From contig CAYLIB010000005.1 of the NCBI GenBank assembly GCA_964384035.1, forward strand, positions 41,107-105,106: a stretch of 64,000 nucleotides of DNA, written 5' to 3'. The notes under the pieces were generated by a model. It was not told the origin of the DNA. It ran no database searches and worked only from the letters and a program-made list of their open reading frames with translations. Both the position numbers and the translations under genes were made by a program. How positions within the stretch are numbered: the stretch's first letter is position 1; the number at the start of each line of letters is the position of its first letter. This stretch comes from an uncultured Candidatus Saccharibacteria bacterium (GTDB lineage: Bacteria; Patescibacteriota; Doudnabacteria; UBA920). Shown one piece after another: positions 29,255-39,020 of this stretch.

Positions 29255-30167
29255 AGTTTTCGAAACTTTTATTTCCATTTAGAAAGCTATCTATTGTGAC
29301 AGGATTTTTACCAGCGAGTTGTAATTCATGAATGTATAAAAGTGTTCCTTGACCGCAAGAAATTATTCCATTGGGATTAACTGTTCCGACCGGTTTGGGG
29401 TTTGGATCAATTTCTGTAATAGCTTGGCAGCCCAAGATTTTAATATTTGTATTCTGCCATGTGGTCCAGATTCCTGGCCATGGGTAAAGGGCTCTAAATT
29501 GATTATGTATTTGTTCCGCAGTCTTATTCCAGTCGATCCTGCCATCGTTTTTAGTCAATATTTTTGTATAAGTTGCTTCGGTTTCGTTTTGTGGTACAGG
29601 TTTAATGTTTCCAGATTCGATATCTATGAGGGTATTGAGTAGAAGCTTGCTTGAAATTCTAGCCGCTCTTTCCGAGAGAGTGATTAGGGTATCGTCTTCG
29701 TCGATAGGCAAGCTTTCGCTAGAAATTATTTCCCCTCGGTCCATTTTTTCATCTAAGAAGAATATAGTTGAGCCCGTGCTTTTTTCTCCGTTTAAAAGAG
29801 CGAATTGTAACGGAGAAGCTCCCCTGTATTTAGGTAAGAGTGAAAAATGTACGTTAATAGTTTTGAATTTAGGTAAATTTATCATTTCGAGTGGTAATAT
29901 TTTACCATAAGACACTACAACGAAAATATCCGCGTTGATATTTTTTAATCTTTCTAAAAGTAGGGGATTATTTTTTACCTGTTCGGGCTTAAGAGTTTCG
30001 AGGTTTAACTCCTTGGCAAGAGCGGAAACCGGACTCTCTTGAAGTATTTGTTTTTTTCCTACTGGTGCGTCGGGGTTAGTAATTACTGCTAATACTTTAT
30101 GGTAAGTGTTAAGAGCTTCCAGGGCTGGGAGAGCAACATTAGAGGTTCCGAAAAAAACTATTTTCAT
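29241..30167 (-). CDS. fmt: Methionyl-tRNA formyltransferase
   Basis: FFGT, TNPD, VVSYG, NVHFSLLPKYRGASP, MDRG. Confidence 0.95.
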   Translation of the reverse strand: MKIVFFGTSNVALPALEALNTYHKVLAVITNPDAPVGKKQILQESPVSALAKELNLETLKPEQVKNNPLLLERLKNINADIFVVVSYGKILPLEMINLPKFKTINVHFSLLPKYRGASPLQFALLNGEKSTGSTIFFLDEKMDRGEIISSESLPIDEDDTLITLSERAARISSKLLLNTLIDIESGNIKPVPQNETEATYTKILTKNDGRIDWNKTAEQIHNQFRALYPWPGIWTTWQNTNIKILGCQAITEIDPNPKPVGTVNPNGIISCGQGTLLYIHELQLAGKNPVTIDSFLNGNKSFENSILA

Positions 30168-30724
30168 ATTTCGTTAATTAGGTGTCTTAGTAATTCTGCT
30201 TCCAATCTGCAATCGAATAATGCGTCGTGACGCTTGCCAGAAATTTTAATTTTATATTTTTTTTGAAGCTCGTCCATTGAGAAGCCATTAAATCTTTTTT
30301 TGTTAGTGAGTTTATTTTTTTTAGCCAATATAGGAAATGCAAATGACCAAATGTTGAAAATATGATAATCGTAAGGATAGGGGATTTTAACCTTTGAAAA
30401 TGCTTCTTGTAAAAATATGCTATCTAGAGTCCCACCCCAGACTGTAATTATGGCAGGTGTGTTGTAGATATTTACAAATTCAGTTATGGCCTCTTTTAAG
30501 CTAGGGGCGTCTTCAAGTATGGGTTTTGATATTCCATTTATTTTCATGGATACAGGATCCCTATTTTCCCACTTCTTTGGTTTTATGTATGTCATAAAAC
30601 TTTGTTTTTCTTCTAGTGTTTCCTTGTCGAGTAATATGCTTCCAATTTGAATAATTTCGTTTTTAGAAATATCCAAGCCGGTCATTTCTAAGTCTATTAA
30701 AAGAAGGTCGTTTTTGAAATTCAT
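30164..30724 (-). CDS. DEDDh 3'-5' exonuclease (intact active site)
   Basis: IDLEMTG, EIIQIG, DSIFL, HDALFD. Confidence 0.88.
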   Translation of the reverse strand: MNFKNDLLLIDLEMTGLDISKNEIIQIGSILLDKETLEEKQSFMTYIKPKKWENRDPVSMKINGISKPILEDAPSLKEAITEFVNIYNTPAIITVWGGTLDSIFLQEAFSKVKIPYPYDYHIFNIWSFAFPILAKKNKLTNKKRFNGFSMDELQKKYKIKISGKRHDALFDCRLEAELLRHLINEI

Positions 30725-30729
30725 TTTTT

Positions 30730-30833
30730 GAATGAAGAATTAAGAATGAAGTATGAAAAATAAAGAAAGAAGAATGAAGAATTGGTATGCAAATGAGATT
30801 TTTCGTTATTCTTCATTAGTCATTCGTTATTCT
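30730..30833. repeat. Palindromic heptamer-repeat element
   Basis: 8 x GAATGAA-like units (30730-30785), spacer, 5 x inverted T(C/T)ATTC(G/T)-like units (30799-30833). Confidence 0.9.
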
Positions 30834-30836
30834 AAC

Positions 30837-31373
30837 TCAGGCATGTCCAATTATTTTTTTAAAAACTATGGTACAGGCTCGCGCTCTTTCTATGGCGTTA
30901 TTCTGACTAACTTGTTTTATTCTGAAATGGTCAAGTAGGGTGTTAAGAGTAGGCATCTTTTTTATACCATATGAAAGTGCATATATGTATTCCAGAGTCC
31001 AAAGTTCAATAACATGATTATCGTAGTCATAAGGGATGTTTGCTTTTTTAAAAGCATTACGTAGAAAAAAAAGATTTTGAACATTATGGGTCGCTAGTAG
31101 TAGATCGTTTCCGAATTGGTCGTAAAATTTTTTTGCAACTTCATAAATTTTGGAACTTTTTTTCATAACCTCATCTGGTATTTCTAAAAGTTGGGCGTGT
31201 TTATGAATGGTGCTTTCTAATAAACTAACTCTGACATAACTATTGAAGTTTGCTTTTTCGAGAAGGTTATCTTTATCTAGTAAGATAGCAGAGAGCTGAA
31301 TGATAGAGTCTTTGTCTGTATCTGGACCAGTTGTTGTTGTTTCTATAAAAAGAATATCTTTTATAAATTTCAT
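30837..31373 (-). CDS. DEDDh exonuclease-fold paralog with degenerate active site
   Basis: Aligns by eye with the neighbour (ILLDKxxLxEKxxF, IPYxYDxH) but has IETTTTG, NLFFL, NNAIER in place of the catalytic motifs. Confidence 0.8.
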   Translation of the reverse strand: MKFIKDILFIETTTTGPDTDKDSIIQLSAILLDKDNLLEKANFNSYVRVSLLESTIHKHAQLLEIPDEVMKKSSKIYEVAKKFYDQFGNDLLLATHNVQNLFFLRNAFKKANIPYDYDNHVIELWTLEYIYALSYGIKKMPTLNTLLDHFRIKQVSQNNAIERARACTIVFKKIIGHA

Positions 31374-31864
31374 TGATCAGAATATTTCTTAACTAAATCC
31401 GCCCCTTGTGTGATTTTATTCAACTTGTCGATTATGAGTGTTTGCTTTAAGTGGTCGACTTCATGTTGAATTACCCTGGCTATCCATCCGTCGTCAGAAA
31501 GTTTTTGAACTTTTCCTTCAAGGTCTTGAAACTCCACTGTTATTTTTTTTGGTCTGGTAACTTCTCCGAACAGTCCTGGTAGAGAAAGGCATCCTTCTTC
31601 TATAATGGCGACTTCTTTCGAGGTTTTCGTAATTTTGGGATTGATAATAGCAAAAGGTGGAACTCCTGCGTGCTCTAAATAGATTATTGCTAAATTTAGG
31701 TTCACTCCTACTTGTGGTGCTGCAAGTCCGATACCATCTACGGATTTTACAGTCTCGAGCATATCTTTAAGTAAAGTTTTTACCTCTTTAGATAATGGAT
31801 AGGAAACATCTGGATTTGAGTGTCTTAAAACTCTTGATGGGAGTTTGCTAATTTTTAGTTTCAT
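31370..31864 (-). CDS. def: Peptide deformylase
   Basis: GIGLAAPQVG, EGCLS, QHEVDHL. Confidence 0.95.
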   Translation of the reverse strand: MKLKISKLPSRVLRHSNPDVSYPLSKEVKTLLKDMLETVKSVDGIGLAAPQVGVNLNLAIIYLEHAGVPPFAIINPKITKTSKEVAIIEEGCLSLPGLFGEVTRPKKITVEFQDLEGKVQKLSDDGWIARVIQHEVDHLKQTLIIDKLNKITQGADLVKKYSDQ

Positions 31865-32138
31865 TTCCGTCTTCTTTCAGTTTAATGGTGTGTTGTTTTA
31901 GTAAGTATGTAAATAATCTTCCTGGTGTGGTGATGTTTTTAGATTCAAGTACCTGTCCGAGTATCATTCGGAGGATTGCGTGGTCATGTATATAAGTCAT
32001 TTTAAGATAATAACCAAAGTGAGATTTGTCTCTAAGTTTGGTTGCTAGCTCGTCTGCAAGGAGGTGACTGGCTGTATGCAAATGAGGGTTTTTTTGAGCC
32101 TTTTTTGCAGGATTTAGTTTGTGTTCTTTGAAGTCCAT
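31848..32138 (-). CDS. Small conserved hypothetical protein
   Basis: Start moved to ATG 32138 (avoids overlap with the divergent gene); LA..L.D...G.Y...PGRLFTYLL CPR-like pattern; overlaps def start. Confidence 0.6.
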   Translation of the reverse strand: MDFKEHKLNPAKKAQKNPHLHTASHLLADELATKLRDKSHFGYYLKMTYIHDHAILRMILGQVLESKNITTPGRLFTYLLKQHTIKLKEDGNETKN

Positions 32139-32163
32139 ATAATCTACTTTATAATCATTATAT

Positions 32164-33468
32164 ATGAATATTATCGATATTGCAGGTGTACCTGTAAATA
32201 ATGAATTAAAAGTTAAAATACTTGAGAATATTGAACAGCGTTTAGACAAAAATCTTAAGACTTTTGTTATAACTCCTTATTCAGAGTTTATTTATGGTGC
32301 TTTTGAGAGAGAGGAAGTGAAAGCGGTTTTAGCTAAAGCAGATGTATCTATTGCAGATGGGATTGGGGTTTTTATTGCTTATAATTTTTTGCAGATACCG
32401 TTTAGAATAAAGTCCTTTTATGGAAAGATTATGGAAGCGCTCATGCAGATGGTTTATGTTTTGGTATCAGCACTTTTAAAGCTTAATTCTCTATATAAAT
32501 ATATACCTGAAAAAATAGTAGGAGCTGATTTTTTTTGGGATCTAGTTAAAATAGCAAACAATAGGGATTTGTCGCTTTATTTTTTGGGTGGATTTAACAA
32601 TACTCCACAATTGGTATCTGAGGTTGTAAAGAAAAGGTTCCCAAATATCAAAATAGCTGGGTACTCTACATTAGGTCCTAATGAAATTAGTCTAGGTGAT
32701 ATTAATAAAGCAAAGGCAGATTTTTTATTTGTTGCTTATGGACCTTTAGTGCAAGAAAGGTGGATTTCACAGAATATAGATAAATTAGACTCTAAAGTAT
32801 TAATGGGGGTTGGTGGAACTTTCGATTATATAGCAGGATTAAAAAAAGCACCCACAGGTTTTATAAGGAAGAATGGATTTGAATGGTTGTATAGATTGTT
32901 TACACAGAAGGGGCGTTCTAGAAGAGTGTGGAACGCTACTTTTGGTTTAATAAAAGGTCTTATACGTTTTAAAGTTTACGAAAGCATGCCTTTTCGTAAA
33001 AATGTTTTGGCGGTGATTATAAAAAACAACTTAATATTAGTTTGTAAACGCAAACCGATTCCTAATAATGAGTTTGGTATGTCGTTCGTGGATTATTGGC
33101 AGTTTCCCCAGGGAGGATTAGAGGTAAATGAAAGTATAGAAATAGGCGCGAGGAGAGAGGTAGAGGAAGAAACAGGATTAACTAAACTAAAATTTTTAGG
33201 TATTTCTGAGAATGAATATTCTTATAAATGGCACAATGCGCGAAGGTCGTTGTCTAGTTTAAAGAAATATAGATTTAAAGGTCAGAGTCAGACTATTGTT
33301 TTTTTTGAACTAATTGAGGAACAGCAAGTAAAATTAGATAATAGAGAATTCGAAGATTTTAAATGGGTGAAAGAAGAGGAATTCGAAAAAGTTATTAACA
33401 GGGAAAGATTTGGAACTCTACCATTAATAAGATCTGGTTTGGTAAAGTTGCAGAAAAATGAAGTTTAG
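32164..33468 (+). CDS. WecB/TagA/CpsF glycosyltransferase fused to RppH-like Nudix hydrolase
   Basis: ADGIG, GADF, FVAYG..QE.W, GVGGTFD, EWLYRL (GT26); WQFPQGG and intact Nudix box GGLEVNESIEIGARREVEEETGL. Confidence 0.9.
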   Translation: MNIIDIAGVPVNNELKVKILENIEQRLDKNLKTFVITPYSEFIYGAFEREEVKAVLAKADVSIADGIGVFIAYNFLQIPFRIKSFYGKIMEALMQMVYVLVSALLKLNSLYKYIPEKIVGADFFWDLVKIANNRDLSLYFLGGFNNTPQLVSEVVKKRFPNIKIAGYSTLGPNEISLGDINKAKADFLFVAYGPLVQERWISQNIDKLDSKVLMGVGGTFDYIAGLKKAPTGFIRKNGFEWLYRLFTQKGRSRRVWNATFGLIKGLIRFKVYESMPFRKNVLAVIIKNNLILVCKRKPIPNNEFGMSFVDYWQFPQGGLEVNESIEIGARREVEEETGLTKLKFLGISENEYSYKWHNARRSLSSLKKYRFKGQSQTIVFFELIEEQQVKLDNREFEDFKWVKEEEFEKVINRERFGTLPLIRSGLVKLQKNEV

Positions 33469-33489
33469 GTTATTGTTAGGATTATTTAT

Positions 33490-35004
33490 ATGAGTGAAAA
33501 AAAGTATAGAACTAGGTTCGCGCCAAGCCCTACGGGTTATGTGCATATTGGTAGTCTTCGCACTGCTCTTTTTAGTTTTTTATTTGCGAGAAGCACCGGT
33601 GGTGTAAATGTTTTAAGAATAGAAGATACGGATCAGAATAGGTTTGTAGAAGGTGCTGTTGAGAATCTTATACAGATTTTAAATAGTATAGGAATAGTAT
33701 TTGATGAAGGTTTAACTTTACAGAATGATAAGCTAGTAGAAAAAGGTGAGTATGGTCCATATACTCAGTCGAAAAGACTTAATATTTACAAAGAGAATGT
33801 TTTAAGGTTGGTAGCTGAAAAAAAAGCTTATTACTGTTTTTGTAGTGAAACCAGATTAGATGAACTTAGGCGAGAACAAATAGCGCTTAAGAAACCTCCG
33901 ATGTATGATAGGTTTTGCAGAAAATTTTCTGATTTTGAAGTGGAAAAAAAATTACAAGAGTTTGAGGGAATGCACATGAGGCCAGTTATTAGGCAGGCAA
34001 TTCCAGAAGAGGGCCAGACAATAATCAAAGACATAATCTATGGAGATATAGCTGTAGAAAATAGAGTCTTAGATGATCAAGTGTTGTTAAAGTCGGATGG
34101 ATATCCCACCTATCACTTAGCTGTTGTAATTGATGATCATTTTATGGAAATTACTCATGTGATAAGGGGTGAGGAATGGATTTCTTCTACACCAAAACAT
34201 ATTTTGTTATATAAGGCTTTTGGTTGGGAGCCAACACAGTTTGCACATTTGCCACTCATTACGAATCCCGATAAAACAAAGCTTAGTAAAAGACAGGGAG
34301 ATGTATCAGTAGAAAGTTATTTAGACAAAGGATTTTTAAAAGATGCGCTTGTTAATTTTGTAGCTTTTTTGGGATGGAATCCTAAAACTGAAAGAGAAAT
34401 ATTTTCTATTGAAGACTTGATTTCTGAATTTGATCTTGCAAAAGTGAACAAAGCAAGTGCGGTTTTTGATATAGACAAACTTGAGTGGATGAACGGTTTA
34501 TATATTAGGAAGATGGAAATTGGTTCTTTGGTAGAGCAGTTATTACCTTATTGGAATAAAGCTGGTGTAGAGACCCAAAAATATGCAAATGAATATTTGC
34601 ATATGATAGTTGAATTGGAAAAAGAAAGACTTAAAAAATTATCAGATATATTTGAGCGCACTAAATATTTTTTTACAGAGCCTGAATACGAGAGTGAACT
34701 TTTAATTTGGAAAAAAGCGAATGCCGAGGCTTGTAAATTGCATTTAGAAAAGCTTTCCTTATTTTTAGAGCGTTTATCTGACCAAGACTTCGAGAGAAAA
34801 ACGTTAGAAGAGAAAGTGAAATTATTTATTACTGATAATGAGTTAGATAATGGAACTGTATTGTGGCCGCTGAGAGTATCGCTAACAGGTCTTACTGCCT
34901 CACCAGGCCCTTTTGAAGTAGCGTCTACTATTGTTTTTGGTCTAGGAAAAGAAGTTGTCTTGAAAAGAATTGGGAAAGCAATACAGAAACTTCAAAATTT
35001 GTAG
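33490..35004 (+). CDS. gltX: Glutamate--tRNA ligase
   Basis: RFAPSPTGYVHIG, RIEDTD, HVIRGEEW, KLSKR. Confidence 0.97.
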   Translation: MSEKKYRTRFAPSPTGYVHIGSLRTALFSFLFARSTGGVNVLRIEDTDQNRFVEGAVENLIQILNSIGIVFDEGLTLQNDKLVEKGEYGPYTQSKRLNIYKENVLRLVAEKKAYYCFCSETRLDELRREQIALKKPPMYDRFCRKFSDFEVEKKLQEFEGMHMRPVIRQAIPEEGQTIIKDIIYGDIAVENRVLDDQVLLKSDGYPTYHLAVVIDDHFMEITHVIRGEEWISSTPKHILLYKAFGWEPTQFAHLPLITNPDKTKLSKRQGDVSVESYLDKGFLKDALVNFVAFLGWNPKTEREIFSIEDLISEFDLAKVNKASAVFDIDKLEWMNGLYIRKMEIGSLVEQLLPYWNKAGVETQKYANEYLHMIVELEKERLKKLSDIFERTKYFFTEPEYESELLIWKKANAEACKLHLEKLSLFLERLSDQDFERKTLEEKVKLFITDNELDNGTVLWPLRVSLTGLTASPGPFEVASTIVFGLGKEVVLKRIGKAIQKLQNL

Positions 35005-35019
35005 TATAATTAAGCAAGA

Positions 35020-36318
35020 ATGCATCTTGCTATGAATAAATTGAATCAGAAAAGAATTGGCCTATTTTTATTGTCGTTAATAGGTACTTTTTTTGTAATT
35101 ACTTCAGCAAAATCACAAACTGTAGACAATCTAAAAGACCAAAAAAATTTAGTTCAACAGAAATTAACCGAAATTAATAAACAAATTCAAGGCTTGCAAA
35201 AGCAAATTCAAGCAACTAGAAGCCAACAAGCAAGTTTAAAGAATGAGATTTCGATTTATGATAATCAAATTAGATCGACTCAATTAGCTATAGATGCCAA
35301 AAATACTCAAATTGAGGATACAAATCTCCAGATAAAGATTCTCTTAGAAGAGATTGATAAGAGGACTAAAGAGATAGAAGATAATAAAAAGATACTTGCC
35401 GATTTTTTAAGACAGTTACAGCAATTGGATAATAATTATGTTCTCAATGTTTCTTTTGGAAGTGACCAGTTTAGTGAGTTTTTGGATCAGGTTCAGTATA
35501 ATCAGAATATACAAGCAAAAGTACATTCCATAATCCAGAACATTAAAGAAATAAGAGAAAAGTTGAAAATTCAGGAAAAGGAATTAGAAGCAAAAAGGGC
35601 TGAGCTACAATCTTTAAAAGAACAACTTGAAGAAACAAAAGGCTCTTTAGTTACTCAAAGGGCAGGAAAAGAACAGTTGCTTTCTAGGACTAAGGGTTTA
35701 GAAAGGAATTACCAGACTCTATACTCTGCTTCTTCAAAAGAAGCTGCGGATCTTCAGAAAGAAGCGGATGAATTAGATAAGTCTATTGCAGAAAAACTTG
35801 GCAAGAGAACAATATCTCCAGGCAAGGGTTCTTTAGCAAAGCCTATGGATGGGATAATGACTCAAGGATATGGAAATACTGGATTTAGGGCTTTAGGGTA
35901 TAGTTTTCATAATGGTATTGATATAGCGGCTCCGGCAGGGGAGCCGGTGTATGCTGCGGGTGATGGCGTAGTGGTGGCGAGTGATACAGGTGAAGCTTCC
36001 TATGGTAATTGGATTGCTATAAAGCATTCAATTGTAACTAAAAATGGTCCTCGTGATATTATTAGTTTATATGGCCATTTAAGATCTATAAAAGTTAAAA
36101 TTGGCCAAACTGTAGAGCAGGGGACTTTAATCGGCTATGAAGGAAATACTGGAAATACTACTCGTTTGCTATATGGCCCTGAAAGAGGTTATCATTTACA
36201 CTTCACGATATTTGATGCAGAGGGTTTCGGTGTATCTCAAGGAAAATATACTAAAATATATGGTCCTTACACGGTACCTTATGGGTATACATATAATCCT
36301 TTAGACTTCCTGCAATAA
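35020..36318 (+). CDS. Secreted coiled-coil + M23 peptidase (murein hydrolase)
   Basis: Signal peptide, long coiled coil, HNGID, YGHL, HLH zinc ligands intact. Confidence 0.9.
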   Translation: MHLAMNKLNQKRIGLFLLSLIGTFFVITSAKSQTVDNLKDQKNLVQQKLTEINKQIQGLQKQIQATRSQQASLKNEISIYDNQIRSTQLAIDAKNTQIEDTNLQIKILLEEIDKRTKEIEDNKKILADFLRQLQQLDNNYVLNVSFGSDQFSEFLDQVQYNQNIQAKVHSIIQNIKEIREKLKIQEKELEAKRAELQSLKEQLEETKGSLVTQRAGKEQLLSRTKGLERNYQTLYSASSKEAADLQKEADELDKSIAEKLGKRTISPGKGSLAKPMDGIMTQGYGNTGFRALGYSFHNGIDIAAPAGEPVYAAGDGVVVASDTGEASYGNWIAIKHSIVTKNGPRDIISLYGHLRSIKVKIGQTVEQGTLIGYEGNTGNTTRLLYGPERGYHLHFTIFDAEGFGVSQGKYTKIYGPYTVPYGYTYNPLDFLQ

Positions 36319-36328
36319 TAAATTACTA

Positions 36329-37348
36329 ATGAATTTAAGAACAAAATTTAAAACACTTTTAGCTAGTTTTCTTCTGATCGAAATATTTTTGGTATATGCA
36401 CAACCGGTAAATGCACAAAATACCACTTCCAATACAACTGTAGTGGCTGGGGGTGCTGAACAGTCTATAAAGGATTTATTATGTACACCTACAGATACGA
36501 GTCAGTCGGGTGTAACAACTACTAACAGAGAGCAGGGTGCATATACTACTTATTCAGTAACTAGTAATGCAGCAGGAGATGATTTATTTAACTGTATAAA
36601 TAGAATTTATAGGTTTGCTATAGCTTTTTCTTCTATAGCAGCCGTATTTATGATAGTGATAGCGGGTTATTTATATATGGCGAGCGATGGTTCTGAGGAG
36701 AGTGTTACTAAAGCAAAAGAGATCTTGGTTAGTTCAATAACCGCGCTAGTAATTTTATTTATTACTTTTGTATTGTTAAGGGAAATAAACCCTGAACTAG
36801 TGAAATTTAAAATAATACAACCTCCTAGTGTCACGGGTGGTGTACCAGGAAGTACAGGAAATTATAACCCTTCTGGTGGGGGATCAACAGGTAGGAGTTT
36901 TGGAAATGGAAAGTGTGTTCCAATTACGAATAACGGAAGCCCTGCTTCGGTAGCTAATTTAAAAGGGACTTGTTTTGGTTCTGTTGCTGAACAAGCCTCG
37001 AGTGTTGCTAACGGAGAAAGTAATGGTAATCCTAATTTACCAGTTAGCGTTGGTGCCTGTGGCAGCGGATCTGCTAGATGCGCAGACGGAAGTATTCCGG
37101 TATGGGGTTTGTATCAAATAAATATAACAGTACATAAGGTTGGCGGTTTGAATTGTCCAGCTGCGTTCTCTAGTAGTTTTACTTGTAGTAAGAGAAACTG
37201 TAGAGTTGTAAATCAGGACCTATATAATCAATGTGTTACTGCAGCAAAAAATCCGAAAGCTAATATAGATGCAGCTTGTGAAGTAAAAGCAAAGCAAGGG
37301 TGGAATGCTTGGGTTTTTTATCAAAATAATTGTAAAGGTAAGTTTTAA
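36329..37348 (+). CDS. CPR-type (TrbC/VirB2-like) pilin fused to lysozyme-like/SLT domain
   Basis: IVIAGYLYM...AKEIL..SITAL...LLREINP pilin pattern; GESNGNP, GLYQIN, PKANIDAA, GWNAW lysozyme-like motifs. Confidence 0.78.
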   Translation: MNLRTKFKTLLASFLLIEIFLVYAQPVNAQNTTSNTTVVAGGAEQSIKDLLCTPTDTSQSGVTTTNREQGAYTTYSVTSNAAGDDLFNCINRIYRFAIAFSSIAAVFMIVIAGYLYMASDGSEESVTKAKEILVSSITALVILFITFVLLREINPELVKFKIIQPPSVTGGVPGSTGNYNPSGGGSTGRSFGNGKCVPITNNGSPASVANLKGTCFGSVAEQASSVANGESNGNPNLPVSVGACGSGSARCADGSIPVWGLYQINITVHKVGGLNCPAAFSSSFTCSKRNCRVVNQDLYNQCVTAAKNPKANIDAACEVKAKQGWNAWVFYQNNCKGKF

Positions 37349-37353
37349 AACTT

Positions 37354-37869
37354 ATGAATAATATAAACATAAAAGTATATTTAGCAATAGGAGCAGTGTT
37401 CCTTTTAATGGGGACAGGGTTTATAATTTATCTACTCTTTTTTGCGGGTAAGACACCTCAGAGTCAGTTAAATACTTCTGGAAATGCCCAGGTCAATAAT
37501 TCTTATCCTGAGAATATACAAAAGGTTTTAAAAAATCCTAAAGAAGTAAATGGTGATTGGTTAACTCTTTATTCCTCTGATGATTTTATTATTTCTTATG
37601 GAGTTAAGGGTGATATTTTTGCGGTAGATATACTTACCTCTCCAGCAGAAGAGAAGGCTAAAGTTGCAGAAGATACTTTTGTTGGGCTATTAGGTGTAGA
37701 TAAAACCTATGCATGTAAGTTGAATATTTCTGTAAAAGTGCCTGATGCTGTTGACCCTAGGCTTTCAGGTTATGATTTTGGTTTCAGTTTTTGTCCTAGT
37801 GCAAAACACATGGAAGATTTTCTTATAAATAATAACGACTCTTATATAATTAACGAAGAGTTTAGGTAA
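37354..37869 (+). CDS. Membrane-anchored hypothetical protein
   Basis: N-terminal TM, Cys pair; tightly spaced with neighbours. Confidence 0.7.
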   Translation: MNNINIKVYLAIGAVFLLMGTGFIIYLLFFAGKTPQSQLNTSGNAQVNNSYPENIQKVLKNPKEVNGDWLTLYSSDDFIISYGVKGDIFAVDILTSPAEEKAKVAEDTFVGLLGVDKTYACKLNISVKVPDAVDPRLSGYDFGFSFCPSAKHMEDFLINNNDSYIINEEFR

Positions 37870-37874
37870 AAATA

Positions 37875-38603
37875 ATGGAAGATAAAGAAGCTGTTGGAGA
37901 TAGTAAGGATTTCAAGAATACAATAATTGCTCTTGCTACACCGGTATCAGTTGTTTTGGCGGTAGTATTGTTGGCTGTTTCAAATTTGTATAGTACGCAG
38001 GTACTATTGGTTCAATTGAATAGAATCGAAAATAGACTTCCGCAATTAGAGAGCGAGGAAATTGTTCCTGTAAAGGTACCAGATTTAGCACCTAGTATTG
38101 GTAAAAAAAATGCTCCGGTTACAATTGTTGAGTTTGCTGACTTTCAATGTCCTTTTTGTAAGGAGTTTAACGATAAGTTGTTTCCAAGGATCAAGTCACA
38201 ATTTATTGATAGTGGCAAAGTAAGGTTTGTTTATATGCACTATCCTTTTTTGGGTGAAGAGTCTGTTCATGCTGCAGAGGCAACGGAATGTGCAAAAGAG
38301 CAAGGTAAATTTTGGCAATTTCACGACTTGTTGTTTAAGAATCAAGGTGCTGAAAATGCTGGAGTGTATGCTATAGATAATTTAAAAAAATATGCCTCAG
38401 AATTAAATTTGGATCAGGTTAAATTTGATGCTTGCGTTGACACGAGAAAATTTCAAAAAGAGGTTCAGGAACAACAGTTACTCGGTACAGATTATGGTGT
38501 TGCATCTACCCCGACTATTTTTATAAACGGAAAAAAATTCGAAGGAGTTATTCCGCTTTACAAAGTAGAACAAGTTATTTCTAGCTCAGTAAGCGCTGAG
38601 TGA
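37875..38603 (+). CDS. DsbA/BdbD-like thiol-disulfide oxidoreductase
   Basis: APVTIVEFADFQCPFC, GVASTPTIFING. Confidence 0.92.
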   Translation: MEDKEAVGDSKDFKNTIIALATPVSVVLAVVLLAVSNLYSTQVLLVQLNRIENRLPQLESEEIVPVKVPDLAPSIGKKNAPVTIVEFADFQCPFCKEFNDKLFPRIKSQFIDSGKVRFVYMHYPFLGEESVHAAEATECAKEQGKFWQFHDLLFKNQGAENAGVYAIDNLKKYASELNLDQVKFDACVDTRKFQKEVQEQQLLGTDYGVASTPTIFINGKKFEGVIPLYKVEQVISSSVSAE

Positions 38604-38607
38604 TAAT

Positions 38608-38635
38608 GAGGAGTGCGTTAATGCGCTTCTTTTTT
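38608..38635 (+). terminator. Rho-independent terminator
   Basis: GAGGAGTGCGT-TA-ATGCGCTTCT plus T run. Confidence 0.6.
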
Positions 38636-38660
38636 ACAATCCAAACAAGGAGAGCTGATA

Positions 38661-39011
38661 ATGGAAGGTGTTTGCGAGAAATGCAAAAAGTATGTTTTTG
38701 ATCTTACCACGCACCATGTGATACCCCAAAGGTTTAAGAAGCCCAGAAATGGGGATCCACTTTTAATGCTGTGCAGAAATCATCATACTCTTATTGAAAA
38801 ACTCATTCCTCAAAGGTTGAGACTTTCTAATAAAGAATATATTCGACTCGCGAACAAATTTATTGAGGGTGTATATGATGATGAGGTGCGCTTTAATAAT
38901 CGGCGTCAGTGGGTCATTTTTTACGCTTTTTCCAAACAAGAACATCATATGCGATATGTAAACCTAGGAAGACGAAATAGGAATAAGCGAGCTGCTTATC
39001 AGTTTCGTTAA
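38661..39011 (+). CDS. HNH endonuclease-like protein
   Basis: SD AAGGAG; CEKC, THHVIP, LMLCRNHH. Confidence 0.75.
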   Translation: MEGVCEKCKKYVFDLTTHHVIPQRFKKPRNGDPLLMLCRNHHTLIEKLIPQRLRLSNKEYIRLANKFIEGVYDDEVRFNNRRQWVIFYAFSKQEHHMRYVNLGRRNRNKRAAYQFR

Positions 39012-39020
39012 ATGTGGCAA

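Noticed and set aside
30753-30938. 61-aa plus-strand ORF (MKNKERRMKN...)
   Set aside because: Produced by the heptamer repeat and antisense to the exonuclease paralog; no coding evidence.
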